Source: Candidatus Hydrogenedentota bacterium (lineage in GTDB: Bacteria; Hydrogenedentota; Hydrogenedentia; Hydrogenedentales; SLHB01). Taken from it: DNA of 64,000 nucleotides. A model generated the notes under the pieces. It was not told where the DNA came from. It did no database searches and worked only from the letters and a program-made list of their open reading frames with translations. The stretch spans positions 1,056,001 to 1,120,000 of the forward strand of contig CAXXTH010000010.1 in NCBI GenBank assembly GCA_963668025.2. The letters are read 5' to 3'. Shown here piece after piece: positions 19,377 through 30,600 of the stretch. Every line of letters starts with the position of its first letter. Within the stretch, counting starts at the first letter, position 1. Position numbers and translations under genes: made by a program.

Positions 19377-20786
19377 ATGATGCCGCAATCTGAGATATCA
19401 TCCAATATTAATATGGCATTCCTCTGGCGCATTTGCCTGGTCGCCACGATGGGAGGATTGAACTTCGGGTATGACTGGGTCGTGATTGGCGGAGCCAAAC
19501 CTTTTTACGAACCCTTTTTCAACATATCCGATAGCTCTTTGCTTCAGGGGTGGGCCATGTGCAGTGCGCTTGTGGGGTGTATGGCAGGCGCATTGGCCTC
19601 TGGCGTCTTGAGCGATCGTTTTGGACGCAAACGCTTATTGATTCTTTCTGGATTATTGTTCACTTTTTCCGCCGCAGGCACGGGATTAGTATCAAACTTT
19701 ATGTGGTTCACTGTTTTTCGCGCGATTGGCGGCGTGGGGATAGGATTGGCTTCAACTCTTTCTCCAATGTACATTGCCGAGGTATCGCCCGCACACATAC
19801 GAGGGCGGTTCGTCTCGATCAATCAGTTGACCACCGTCATCGGACTGCTAGCAGCGCAAATCGTAAACTGGCTCATCGCCCAGCCTGTGCCCGATGCCGC
19901 TTCACTCGAGTTTATCCGGCAGTCTTGGAACGGCCAGTATGGCTGGCGGTGGATGTTTGGGGCAGAAGCCGTACCGGCATTTCTATTTGTTCTGTTGATG
20001 TGCTACGTGCCGGAGAGCCCTCGATGGCTAGTCAAATACGGACGAAGCATCCAAGCGCATCGCATTCTTTCACGAATCGGCGGCGAGGCCCATGCCCGCG
20101 TGGAACTGGCGGATATCCAGACGACGCTGGCCAATGAAGAATCCTCCCATGTTAACTATCGCAATCTGGCCGAACCGAAGCTTTTAAAAATCGTCTGCCT
20201 GGGTGTATTTCTTGCTGTTTTCCAGCAATGGTGTGGGATCAACATAATTTTCAATTATGCCCAAGAGGTTTTCGTGAACGCGGGATATGGTATCAGCGGG
20301 GTCATGGTGAACATCGTGATTACGGGCTTTGTTTTTGTATTGTTCACCTTCGTGGCGATCTTTACAGTCGACCGGTTCGGCAGGCGTATCCTAATGTTGA
20401 TTGGGGCCGGGGGGCTCGCCTGTATTTATGCGGTCCTGGGCGCGGAATACGCACGGCATAGCACCGGCATGCATATGGTTCTTCTCCTCGTTTCCGCTAT
20501 AGCCTGTTATGCGATGTCACTTGCGCCCGTTACTTGGGTCATCCTATCCGAGATTTTCCCCAATCGTATTCGAGGCGCCGCAATGTCGGTGGCGGTCTTT
20601 TCATTGTGGGGAGGCTGTACTGCTCTGACGTTCACGTTTCCATTTTTAAACCGGTCCATGGGTGCGCATGGGACCTTCTGGTTGTACGGGGCGATCTGTG
20701 TGATTGGATTCGTCGTGATCCTGGCGAAGCTTCCTGAAACCAAAGGCAAGTCGCTGGAAGATATCGAACGCGAGCTTGTGGATTAA
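19377..20786 (+). CDS. Sugar porter family MFS transporter (XylE/AraE-like)
   Basis: GGLNFGYD, DRFGRK, YIAEVSPAHIRG, PESPRWL, QQWCGIN, SEIFP and PETKGKSLE. Confidence 0.93.
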   Translation: MMPQSEISSNINMAFLWRICLVATMGGLNFGYDWVVIGGAKPFYEPFFNISDSSLLQGWAMCSALVGCMAGALASGVLSDRFGRKRLLILSGLLFTFSAAGTGLVSNFMWFTVFRAIGGVGIGLASTLSPMYIAEVSPAHIRGRFVSINQLTTVIGLLAAQIVNWLIAQPVPDAASLEFIRQSWNGQYGWRWMFGAEAVPAFLFVLLMCYVPESPRWLVKYGRSIQAHRILSRIGGEAHARVELADIQTTLANEESSHVNYRNLAEPKLLKIVCLGVFLAVFQQWCGINIIFNYAQEVFVNAGYGISGVMVNIVITGFVFVLFTFVAIFTVDRFGRRILMLIGAGGLACIYAVLGAEYARHSTGMHMVLLLVSAIACYAMSLAPVTWVILSEIFPNRIRGAAMSVAVFSLWGGCTALTFTFPFLNRSMGAHGTFWLYGAICVIGFVVILAKLPETKGKSLEDIERELVD

Positions 20787-20864
20787 GCGCTACGGATGTT
20801 ATGCCATTACCAGACGTTTGCTTAGAGCTAGAACAGATAGAACTAAAATATAAGGAGATAGGAA

Positions 20865-22670
20865 ATGAGACTGATTACGCATCTAAGTTTTATCTCGTTA
20901 TTATTCCTGGTAATTGATATGCCAGCTCATGCTCAGAAGCTGGAAGAGGTTAAACCGGCCATGTCAAATACAGCGCTACAGCAATTCGGGAACGCCGAAA
21001 CTACCAATGAAAATAACCTCCAATTTAAAGTTGGTTTTATTGGCTCTCCTCCTGCCCCCAATTTAGAATGGAACAGAGAAAACTTTGAGCGCTTGAAGGA
21101 ATTAGGCTTCAATACTGTCCAACTCAACATCGCCTGGGCATATCGTCCTGGTGGAGAACCATTGAATCTGGAAGATTTGATTGATGTGCCTGAAGAACTC
21201 CTTGGCGCCACACCGATGCTGGGGGATCAGTCACCCGAAAAACGTGTTCAGCGGAATAAGGATCTCCATCAGCGATCCCGGTTAGCCAAAGAGATGGGAT
21301 TTCGTACTATTTTTCATTTTGGCGTGCCTTATGTTGGAGACTCATACTATTCGGATATGCCACCCAACTGCCTGCTGGACGGCAAAACAATAGACCGATG
21401 TGTATACCTGCTGCGGGAGTTCGCAAGAGAGTTTCCTGAGGTCGATGACATCCTAATCTATAACTACGATCAACACGCGTGGCTTTGCAGTGAGTTTGGC
21501 CCCTGCCCACGATGCGCCGGTATTCCCCTGTCTGAACGATTGGTTCCATTTCTAGATACGATGAAATCAGTATGGCGCGAGAACCATCCTGATGGCCGGT
21601 TATGGTGGGAGCCTTGGGAACTCTCGTCCGGCCAGCTTTTTCAATGCATAGACCGCATTGATCCTACTGGTTTAGGTTTGGCTATCCACTGTAACGCCGC
21701 GGAAGTTATGACCGCCATCCCCACGGACCGCATGCTTAAAAACACCGCGCAACTCGCTGGCGAAAAAGGGATCCCGGTGATTGTGGAGTATTTTCTCGGG
21801 GCCGCGAGCGAAGAGGTCGAGCCCTATCTAAACCTCGCGCATCCATTGGCTACCTTGCGAGGCCTCAAAGAGATCGCCCGCATTCCCTATGTGTCCGGCA
21901 TCAAAGAATATTACGGCCTTATGCCCGATAGAGAAGATCCGAACCTGCGTATGACAGGATTGTTTTTCAATCAACCTGATATACAAGAGGCGGAAGCGCT
22001 TGATTTGTTGGCCAAACCATATGGCGAATCTGCTGAGGCAATGAAGGCATTCTGGCGTCTGACTAGTAAATCCGTGGAGCTGTTCCCCTGGGATTGTTCA
22101 TGGACATCCCGGGAGATTGGTAAAAGTGATCCTTCTCATTCGATGAGTGCCGCACTCATCCGGGCCGTATCCTTTCATACTCCAAGCTGGATGTCCACAC
22201 GCAGGGCTGTCCTTATGAATACAGAACCGAATGAAAACCCCGATCCATGGATGCTCGAGGATGTGCAGCTTCGGTGTGAAGCGGCCGCGGATTGCATGGA
22301 AAAAGCGCTTTCAATTGGCCGAGACATCAAAGAGGCCTTGCCAAAGCCTTTAGCTGAAGATTTTGAGAAGAATCTGGAAGATCTTGATGGGATGTGGCGG
22401 CGCACTCGGGCGTATGTATATCACATCCGAGAGACTAATCTTGCGACGAGCATGCGAGTTCTTCGTAATCAAGGCCTTCAGATCCCGCAACGCGCTCTTG
22501 ACGAAATGCTCGCTGTCCTCAAGGCAGACCAAGCGAATCAGAAGCAAGATGAACCCATCGCATCTGCCGTGGCCCTGTTGCAAAAAGATCCCGATGAGTT
22601 TCTCAGGCAGTACTTTACGTCTGGACCGGATAAGTGGTCAAAGGGAGTTTTCAGTTTAACATCGCGGTAA
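20865..22670 (+). CDS. Secreted hypothetical protein, possibly a TIM-barrel glycoside hydrolase-like enzyme
   Basis: Signal peptide (..PAHA), LKELGFNTVQLN strand-helix motif and CSEFGPCPRC cysteine cluster. RBS AAGGAG. Confidence 0.55.
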   Translation: MRLITHLSFISLLFLVIDMPAHAQKLEEVKPAMSNTALQQFGNAETTNENNLQFKVGFIGSPPAPNLEWNRENFERLKELGFNTVQLNIAWAYRPGGEPLNLEDLIDVPEELLGATPMLGDQSPEKRVQRNKDLHQRSRLAKEMGFRTIFHFGVPYVGDSYYSDMPPNCLLDGKTIDRCVYLLREFAREFPEVDDILIYNYDQHAWLCSEFGPCPRCAGIPLSERLVPFLDTMKSVWRENHPDGRLWWEPWELSSGQLFQCIDRIDPTGLGLAIHCNAAEVMTAIPTDRMLKNTAQLAGEKGIPVIVEYFLGAASEEVEPYLNLAHPLATLRGLKEIARIPYVSGIKEYYGLMPDREDPNLRMTGLFFNQPDIQEAEALDLLAKPYGESAEAMKAFWRLTSKSVELFPWDCSWTSREIGKSDPSHSMSAALIRAVSFHTPSWMSTRRAVLMNTEPNENPDPWMLEDVQLRCEAAADCMEKALSIGRDIKEALPKPLAEDFEKNLEDLDGMWRRTRAYVYHIRETNLATSMRVLRNQGLQIPQRALDEMLAVLKADQANQKQDEPIASAVALLQKDPDEFLRQYFTSGPDKWSKGVFSLTSR

Positions 22671-22808
22671 TCATGACAACCGAGATATGTTTAAACATGA
22701 TGTAATATTTATGCAACAAGTGTCTGCACATATGAGTAGGGTGTGCAGGCGGTATTATTCGGTAGTTTGATTCGATAAAAAAAGACAAGGAAAAAAAGGA
22801 GAATATTT

Positions 22809-23849
22809 GTGAACCATCGAGAGTGCCTGGATGCTTTTTGGGCGGGTGAGCGTCCTGAGCAAATTCCCTACACGATCTATTGGTTGCTATGGCGGGATCA
22901 CCCGAATGATCCCGCATGGCTTCCGATGTTTGAAAAGGGGCTGCGTATAACACATCCCGCCATGGTGGCTATAGAGAGGATGAATGGAGTTGATTTCGAG
23001 GATATAACGTACAGTGAAAATGGAGATGCCATCCGCCGGCTGACAATGAAAACGGAGGTGGGTGAGGTTTCTGCAACATGGCGGAATGGCTGGCAAGATA
23101 CCTACTGGCTAAAGGCCCCTGAAGATTATGCCATCATGCAATATATCGTGGAACACACCACATTATCAGCCGACTACGAGGCAATAGCGCGCACGGAAAA
23201 TGAACTCGGCGAATTTGGCATTGTCCATGGATGGATTGGCCGTACGCCTTTGCAGAAAATATTGGTGGACTACGCCGGCCTAGAAAATTTGGGCATTCAT
23301 CTTCTCATCCACGAAGAAGAAGTACGGAATTTGTATGATGCGCTGTTGGACAATTTCCGCAAGGTGGTTGAAATTGTCGCAAAAGGAACAGCGCGGTATG
23401 TCACCTGTATTGAGAACTTTACCGCCGAGACCTTAGGTTCTAAATTCTATGCGGATATGCTTCTGCCAGTGTATAAGGAGTGTTTTCCAGTATTGCAAGA
23501 AACGGGGAAAATTGTAGGTACGCACTACGACGGAAAGATTGCCTGCTGCAAGGAACTCGTCGCAAAAAGCCCAATCGATATAGTCGAATCCTTTACCGCG
23601 CCTCCAGAGGGAGACATGACATACGATGAGGCGCGCAACGCATGGCCGGGCAAACTTATCTGGTCTAACATTAATGTGTCATCCTATAATCTCAAACCAG
23701 CGGAATTACGCGGGAAGATCCAAAAGTATGTGGCGGATGCGGCCCCGGATGGCCGTTGGTTGGCCTTTGAAGTCTCGGAGGATCTACCCCGGAACTGGCG
23801 GCAGTCCTTGCCCGTCGTGTTGGAGGCATTAAGGGAAATGCGAAACTGA
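22809..23849 (+). CDS. Uroporphyrinogen-decarboxylase-like family protein
   Basis: MNHRECLDAFWAGERPEQIP N-terminus, WLKAPEDY, THYDG and ESFTAPPEGD. RBS AAGGAG. Confidence 0.7.
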   Translation: MNHRECLDAFWAGERPEQIPYTIYWLLWRDHPNDPAWLPMFEKGLRITHPAMVAIERMNGVDFEDITYSENGDAIRRLTMKTEVGEVSATWRNGWQDTYWLKAPEDYAIMQYIVEHTTLSADYEAIARTENELGEFGIVHGWIGRTPLQKILVDYAGLENLGIHLLIHEEEVRNLYDALLDNFRKVVEIVAKGTARYVTCIENFTAETLGSKFYADMLLPVYKECFPVLQETGKIVGTHYDGKIACCKELVAKSPIDIVESFTAPPEGDMTYDEARNAWPGKLIWSNINVSSYNLKPAELRGKIQKYVADAAPDGRWLAFEVSEDLPRNWRQSLPVVLEALREMRN

Positions 23850-23977
23850 GAAAGCGCCAGGAATTTGGGGCTGAGTGAGTTTGCCCGCTATGCTTTATCG
23901 CATCGAACGAGAGGAATTTTACGTGTTCTGGATTTGTCCTGCTCGTGTGCGGACTGTTCTATGGATGGGGAGCAGCT

Positions 23978-24847
23978 TCATCTTTCGGCCGTCTTGCCGC
24001 CAGACGAATCTTCCTGAGCCGCTGCTTCTATATTTTTAGTGCTCTGAAGCGCATGGGTGATTATGAATTCGACGAGCGACTGGCTTTTGAAAAAACAGTC
24101 AGAGACTTGATGGCCGATACCGTCGATTGCGATCAGTTTGGCATTTCCACCAATATCGCGATAACGGCGCACAATTTCTTCTGAGTTAAGCCCGATGGGA
24201 ACTGGCTGGTCTGCTGTGCCGTGAATATGTAAAATCGGAACGTTCTGTTTCACCAAAGGTAACAGATTCTTGCTAAGGTCCATCCACGGTCCTGCGCCAT
24301 GGATGGCCACAATCTGGTTTCGCCACTCATCCAAGCCTGGCTGCGTCTCAAGTGTTTTTCGGAAACTCTCTAAGTTCGTTAGGGGATGGATGCCAGCCAC
24401 GCAACTCACCCGATCAGGATTTTTCTCCGCCCATTTGTATAACATCAGCCCTCCGCGGCTTTGCGCCAAAAGGCACGGTTTGGCCGACATTCCCCACGAG
24501 CCTGTCAGGCAGTCATAGAAAGCATCGAAGACCTTGACCCCCTCGTCGCTGCCCCAGGACTCACCAACGTCAATGCCTGCTATTGCGATTCCGTGTGCTT
24601 CAAAGGCCTCAAACATCCACTCGTGCGACGCGTCTGGGAGCGAGCCCGTCAATGTGGGGGCATACCACACCCAGGGTTGGGAAATATGGCTTTGCCGCAA
24701 GCCCCGGATGAAGCCATTGTGGCCCATCGCTTCAATTTGAACGGGAGCTTTGCTGCAACCTATTTGGGCGCTGGAGAGCGGCGTGGTAGGTATAACGGCT
24801 GTAAGCGTGACTGTCAGGAAAGCTATCAACATGTTCTGTACCCCCAT
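23978..24847 (-). CDS. Secreted alpha/beta hydrolase (esterase/S9-like)
   Basis: AQSRGG nucleophile elbow, HIHGTADQPVP and GIGH. Hydrophobic N-terminus. Confidence 0.8.
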   Translation of the reverse strand: MGVQNMLIAFLTVTLTAVIPTTPLSSAQIGCSKAPVQIEAMGHNGFIRGLRQSHISQPWVWYAPTLTGSLPDASHEWMFEAFEAHGIAIAGIDVGESWGSDEGVKVFDAFYDCLTGSWGMSAKPCLLAQSRGGLMLYKWAEKNPDRVSCVAGIHPLTNLESFRKTLETQPGLDEWRNQIVAIHGAGPWMDLSKNLLPLVKQNVPILHIHGTADQPVPIGLNSEEIVRRYRDIGGNAKLIAIDGIGHQVSDCFFKSQSLVEFIITHALQSTKNIEAAAQEDSSGGKTAER

Positions 24848-24998
24848 TCAATATCAGAAACCACTCAGATGCCATCAATCATATTGATCTGCCCATTATT
24901 CTTTCAATCGAGTATGGCAACCAAAATAGGATGCTAAGGAAGCCCGGAGCCAAACCAACGGCCTATTATTATTATTCTAAGTTTGATCTTGAGAAGAA

Positions 24999-25223
24999 CG
25001 CTTGCACGATATCACCAAGTATATTTCTTCTGCTTTTCTCAATCGACTGTTCTCGCCGTGTCAGGTTCTCGCATAAACAAGCATCGGAACAGGTATGCGT
25101 GTTGGTGATATGGTCATAGTGCATATTCAAGAAACAAGCATCTCCCGCTTTCCCCTTGGCAAGTACACCGCAGGTTAATGAACTTACAGTGAATATGTTT
25201 AAGTTGGTGATATCGTGCAAGCG
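24999..25223. repeat. Perfect 20-bp inverted repeat pair in a divergent promoter region
   Basis: CGCTTGCACGATATCACCAA (24999-25018) and TTGGTGATATCGTGCAAGCG (25204-25223). Partial third copy TTGGTGATAT at 25102-25111. Confidence 0.85.
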
Positions 25224-25427
25224 GGCGTATGGGTAATAAACGCAGAATATAGTCAGTTTTAAAAAAGATGAGTATATAAAAAAAGTAAAAAGCGGGCAGA
25301 TATTTTAAGGGCATAAAACTTCTAATGAATATATAAATGAACGTCTTCTCGTACTCGAACAAACCCAAAAAGTCTGAACAATAACAGGGCTTGATACTGG
25401 ATTCAAAATATAAGGAGAACTAGTACG

Positions 25428-26474
25428 ATGAGTAGACATGGGCGCGGATTCACGTTGATAGAATTGCTTGTCGTGATAGCGATAATAAGCATTCTTGCCG
25501 CTATTCTTTTACCTGCGCTAGCAAGAGCGCGGGAAGCTGCCCGGCGGGCTTCATGCGCCAACAACCTCAAGCAGTGGGGAATCGTCTTGAAGATGTACGC
25601 GAATGAAAGCAAAGGAATGCAATTTCCTCCCCAACAGCATTATAGGCTGGGGGGAATCGGCTATTTTATGGGCCCTGCTTCCGATGAGCTTTATCCGGAA
25701 TACTGGACAGATCCTAACATCATGATTTGTCCATCGGATACCCGCGCAACGGCAGACAACTTTCAGAATTTTCTGCCGTCAGGCTCATTGGATATTCCTG
25801 TAGACATTACCGGAGCGTTGCCGAAAGCAAATTCCGGTGTGGATAAAGAATACACAAAAGCTTGTGTGAATTGTTTACTCTCGCATCCTGTTTCGTATCT
25901 CTATAGTTCGTTTACCTGCCTTGACGGCGCTCAGTTCTACGCTGCGGCGGTGACCAATGCTAACCGGCTCGCAGCCAACTCGATAATGACTACTTTTAAG
26001 CAGCCTGGCCTGCGTAACGCGGGATGCCCGTCACGTTGGAGTACATGCGTCCAAATGACTGGAGATGATGGAGATATCACGCAGGCCGACATGAAGAAGT
26101 GGATGTGGGCAGGCTGGACGGATTCCTATGGCCAGATCCTTACCACAAAGACGATTCCGCGGATGCGCGAAGGCGCGGAACGGTTCTTCATCACCGACAT
26201 CAATAACCCCGCAGGGAGCGCTCAATCCCAAAGCAATCTTTTCGTAATGATCGATGCTTGGGGAGCTTGTTTTTATTGGGGGCCGTCCGAAGACCAAGGC
26301 CAAGTAGCCCGGTTTAATCACGTGCCTGGTGGTAGCAACGTGTTGTTCATGGATGGCCATGTCGAGTTTCAAAAATATGGAGAAGGATTTTTACCGAAAG
26401 GCGACGAAAACAGCAGTCCGGATTTAAACGGACAACTCGCTTTCAGCATGGGGAATTTAGGTGGCATGGGCTGA
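25428..26474 (+). CDS. Prepilin-type N-terminal cleavage/methylation, DUF1559 / H-X9-DG protein (paralog 1)
   Basis: RG|[33 protein letters not shown] and [17 protein letters not shown]. Confidence 0.92.
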   Translation: MSRHGRGFTLIELLVVIAIISILAAILLPALARAREAARRASCANNLKQWGIVLKMYANESKGMQFPPQQHYRLGGIGYFMGPASDELYPEYWTDPNIMICPSDTRATADNFQNFLPSGSLDIPVDITGALPKANSGVDKEYTKACVNCLLSHPVSYLYSSFTCLDGAQFYAAAVTNANRLAANSIMTTFKQPGLRNAGCPSRWSTCVQMTGDDGDITQADMKKWMWAGWTDSYGQILTTKTIPRMREGAERFFITDINNPAGSAQSQSNLFVMIDAWGACFYWGPSEDQGQVARFNHVPGGSNVLFMDGHVEFQKYGEGFLPKGDENSSPDLNGQLAFSMGNLGGMG

Positions 26475-26601
26475 ACCTTTTCACTGCGAAAATGATTGAG
26501 CATTGGCGGGGTCTTCGTCCAGGGTTGGGATATGCGGGCACTTCTGGACGGAGGCCCATTTCTGTTGACATTTTATCAGATGACTTTTAATAATTGTGTG
26601 T

Positions 26602-27477
26602 ATGGAATCGGAGCACAATTTTACATTTGGGAAAACTGAAGTACGGTTTCCGTTTCATGTTTTCTTTAACACCTTTCATTCCCGCACTTTCGGGAATCAT
26701 AATCATGATTTCTGTGAACTTGTCCTCGTGCGCTGTGGCAAGGGGAAATTCTTGCTGGAAAAGATGCAATATGATATCAGCGCAGGTGATGTCTTTTTAA
26801 TAGATGCCCAAGAGGAACACGGGTATTCTGATCAAGGTGATTTGGAGCTTTGTGGATTTCAGTTTAACGCAGATGCTTTTCTGGACAGAAACAGCGATTT
26901 GCTACATTTGCCAGGGTACTCGGTGCTGTTTCATTTCGAGATCGCATTTCGGCAAAATCATAAATTTCGGAGCAAACTCCATCTAGATAAAAACCAGCTA
27001 TTGCAGGCATGCTATATAATCACAGCGATAGAAAAAGAATACCAGGAGCAACAACCTGGCTACCATACAATGGTCACCTGTCATTTTGGCTTGCTCGTGG
27101 GCTTTCTGGCCCGGCAGTATGTAGGGCCTTTCACGCCTGAAACGTTCGAGGTGATGAATCTTGCAAAGGTCACGGCTTATATTCAGCAGAATTACCAGCA
27201 GCCTATCACCTTAGACGAACTGGCCAAGGTGGCTTGCATGTCGAAGAACTCGCTGCTTAGAGCGTTCAATCGTTATTATCGCGATACTCCCATAGCCTAT
27301 TTGATCGATCTTCGCATACGGAAAGCGTCCGCGCTGCTCAAACTACACGATTATTCAATTACCGAGATCGCCTACATCGTGGGTTTTTCTGAAAGCAGCT
27401 ACTTTACTAGGCAATTCTATCGAGTACACGGAATGTCTCCCCGGCAATATCGCGCTCGCACGAAAAGCATCCCTTAA
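26602..27477 (+). CDS. AraC-family regulator (RhaS/RhaR-like, cupin + HTH)
   Basis: HNHDFCELVLV cupin. ITLDELAKVACMS and SITEIAYIVGFSESSYFTRQF. Confidence 0.92.
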   Translation: MESEHNFTFGKTEVRFPFHVFFNTFHSRTFGNHNHDFCELVLVRCGKGKFLLEKMQYDISAGDVFLIDAQEEHGYSDQGDLELCGFQFNADAFLDRNSDLLHLPGYSVLFHFEIAFRQNHKFRSKLHLDKNQLLQACYIITAIEKEYQEQQPGYHTMVTCHFGLLVGFLARQYVGPFTPETFEVMNLAKVTAYIQQNYQQPITLDELAKVACMSKNSLLRAFNRYYRDTPIAYLIDLRIRKASALLKLHDYSITEIAYIVGFSESSYFTRQFYRVHGMSPRQYRARTKSIP

Positions 27478-27548
27478 AATCCATTGTTCGTGTGGCAGGG
27501 GGCCATCCCAGCACGAAATAGCACAAGAGATGGGACTTAAAAAAAGTA

Positions 27549-27579
27549 GCGGCGCGAAATCTGAGCTGTTCCGCGCCGC
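27549..27579. terminator. Hairpin between the convergent AraC and GH127 genes
   Basis: GCGGCGCG...CGCGCCGC flanked by an A-run and a T-rich tail. Confidence 0.5.
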
Positions 27580-27612
27580 CATTATTTCTTTTACAGAGTC
27601 GCAGAAGCGATA

Positions 27613-30600
27613 TCACCGGGCCGCCACAGTAAGCTCAAATGGGCCATTAGCGGCTTCCACGCGGCCGTACTTGTTTATAGCCTCGACAGTCCAATAATAC
27701 GTTCCCGGTTTTAAGCTGGGCACGGCGCATTCCGGCTGGCTCGTCTCAATGCGCTGGCTGTCGACAGCAAGGCCTCGCTCTTTGCCAAGCAGGACAACCC
27801 AGGATTCTGCGCCTGCGGCGCGCTCCCATTGGAAAGATGCGCCCGCCTCGCCGTTTCGGGGTGACACTAAATGAAATGGCGATGGCGGCAGGGTGGAGCT
27901 TGGGAACCATGACCGATACGGTGTTCCGGTCATTCCCGCGCTGGAGAAATCGCATGCGGTGAACTGGCTGCCTGCGTGGTCTTTTATCCGCGTGAGTATC
28001 CAGGGTTGTGGTGCGGTGTTTTCTTGCATGGGTTCGAAGGCAAGACTCTGGCAGTCTAGAGCCGGCATGTTTTCCTGCGTTATGTTGTTGAACCGGGCGT
28101 CAAAGGTATACAGAATGGGGCCACGGTACACGGCTAATTTGCCGCTACATTCCTGTTCGCCCGCCCAGAACCATGGGGAGAAATCCAAGCGGAGTTCCAC
28201 CGTATCTCCTGCGCGCCATTTACGGGTAACCGCCAGGTAATTGCCCGGCGCCAGCCCCTTGATAGCCTTCCCGTTCACACTGCATTGACTCGTTTTCGAC
28301 CACCTGGGGATGCGCAGATGAAGCGTGAAGCGTTCGGCCTTCTCCGGTGTGACGGTGATGCGGACCAGCCCATCCGCGGGATATCGGGTGTCTTGCTTGA
28401 GCGACACTTTGTTTCCCGACGGGAGTTGGGCGGACCAAGCAGACGGGCCATAATAGTTCAAAAACAATCCATCTTTATCCTGCATAAGGCCCCATTCGGA
28501 CAACATGCCCAACGCGCGGTATGCATTCGTGGAGCAGCAGTTGAGTTCCGCGCCATCTTTTGGCCCCTGGAAAATCTCTTTTCCATAGTGGCGCGCGCCG
28601 TCGGGCTGGTTCGAGTAGGTCGAAGTGCTGCCGTCAAAGGGGATCGAGCCTAAGGCGCTGTTGAGCGTGCTCCATTCGAGCTCGTCCGCCACCCGGGCAT
28701 CGCCCGTGAGCTTGAGCATGTCGGTGCTGATGATGATCCAGGCCACCGTGCAGCAGGTTTCGATGGTGCCGGGATTGTACGGCGTGCCGAGAAGGCCTTC
28801 ATTGGTGGAGAAACCGCCGGTGATATGCCGGTCTCCCTTGGCCAGTTCCCACCAGATGTTCTGGTAGGCCTTGGCGTAGTCCTCGTTACCTTCGAGCCAA
28901 TACATTTCGGATAGGGCGCCCAGGTTGTGGATGGTTTCCCATCGGCGCATAGGGAATTTGGCCACCGGCCGATGCTCCAATCCGCAGTTCAGCAAATCCG
29001 GCCCGCCCGGTTCAGACCATGCTTGTTTCATGACATAGTTCACGAAATCGAGATAGACTTGTTTGCCGGTGCGTTTGTACAGTTGAGCCATGGCGTGGCA
29101 GATGGTCTCGTTGGAACCGCCGGAGATGTTTAGAGAAGCCCCATCAGGCCCGTAGGTGGCCGCCAATAGGTGGCCCAGTTTCTCACATGCGGCCAGCGCG
29201 GCTGCATCCTGGGTGTCATCATAATACTGAAGAAGCCCAATCATCGCGCTGTAGTGATTCCACAATTCACACCATCCGCGAAGGTCTTCGAATGGCCCTA
29301 AATACCCGTCTTCCCGCTGGCTGGCAATCAATCCGTCCACATAGGCGTCTATGGCCGCCTTGAGCTTCTCATCGCGGGTCACCCGCCAGAGCAATTCCGC
29401 CGAACTCAGGTATTGGCCAGGAAATACCCCAGCCCAACCAGGAATGTCTTTCTCGGGGCGCTCGCGCAGCATGCGCAGAAGGCCCGGATTACGTTCATTG
29501 TAATCCGTCAGATACCGCACCATGTTCCCGACTCGTTCGCGCAGGTAACCGTCCAATTCGATCCGGACGCCTTGCGCGGTTTGTAGTTTTTGTGAAGCCT
29601 TCTCTTTGGGCGTATTGGTAACGCCAGGCTCCGCCCATGTGTAGAAGTCCAGGCGGCGCATTTCGTGGGCGGGCGTTTCACCATGAGCGGATTGGGCGAT
29701 CACGGTCCAATAAATGGTGGATTGGGGCGCGACGCTAGGTTGGATGATAAGCTTGGTGGCGTTTCCGGCTTCAAGCTTATTAATAAGGCGGGAGGCCGCA
29801 GCGTCTTCATAGAGTGCGACGGCATATGTCTCAGAGCCAACCGAAGGACGCCAGGATAATTCGATGCCGGCTGTTTTATGCGACTGCGAACCCGTGACGG
29901 GCAACAGCAATTCGGGCGCTACGGGAGGCGGAGGCGTGCCGTCCTGGGATTCCAGCGGCCCAATATTCACCAGGGGATTCGCTTCAGATAAGCTGAGCGC
30001 CTCAGCGGCCATCCATGCGTTCGTGCGGGACACAGCCGCCATGCGTACTTCGTCCACATCTCCCAAAAAATATAGTTCCGCGGGATTGAGCAATGCGCGC
30101 CCGAATTTTATAGTATCAAATGGGCCTGCGAGGCCAGGATATGCGCCTTGAGCCATGGCGGCGCCATCCACAGTGAATTTATACTGCTTTTGGACATTGT
30201 CCACAGCAACTACGATAGAGTGCCAACGCTCGGGTTCCACGCCATTTCCATACGGCAAAGAGGAGCGTACGACGTCCTGGATAAGGTCCACGCTGGCCGA
30301 GTCCGGAGCAACAACCGCCTCCATGCCATTCTTGGCGTCCGCGGCACTCGCCGCGAAGAGCACCCGTTTTTCGGTTCCCTTCGGGCGGAAACGCAAGGTG
30401 AATGTGGCAGTAGGGCCGAGTTTTTGTAGTATTTCGGGATTCACGTTAAGTGATCCCGGTCCTAGGGTGCAGAAAGTGGCCCAAGGATGCGACTCGGCGG
30501 ATATGAGCCCTGGCGTCCAGCCATTCTGGAACATACACCCCTCGCGTTTTACCGGCTCTACTGTGCCCAATGCGTCAGCCATGTCTCCCTGAAGGTGCAG

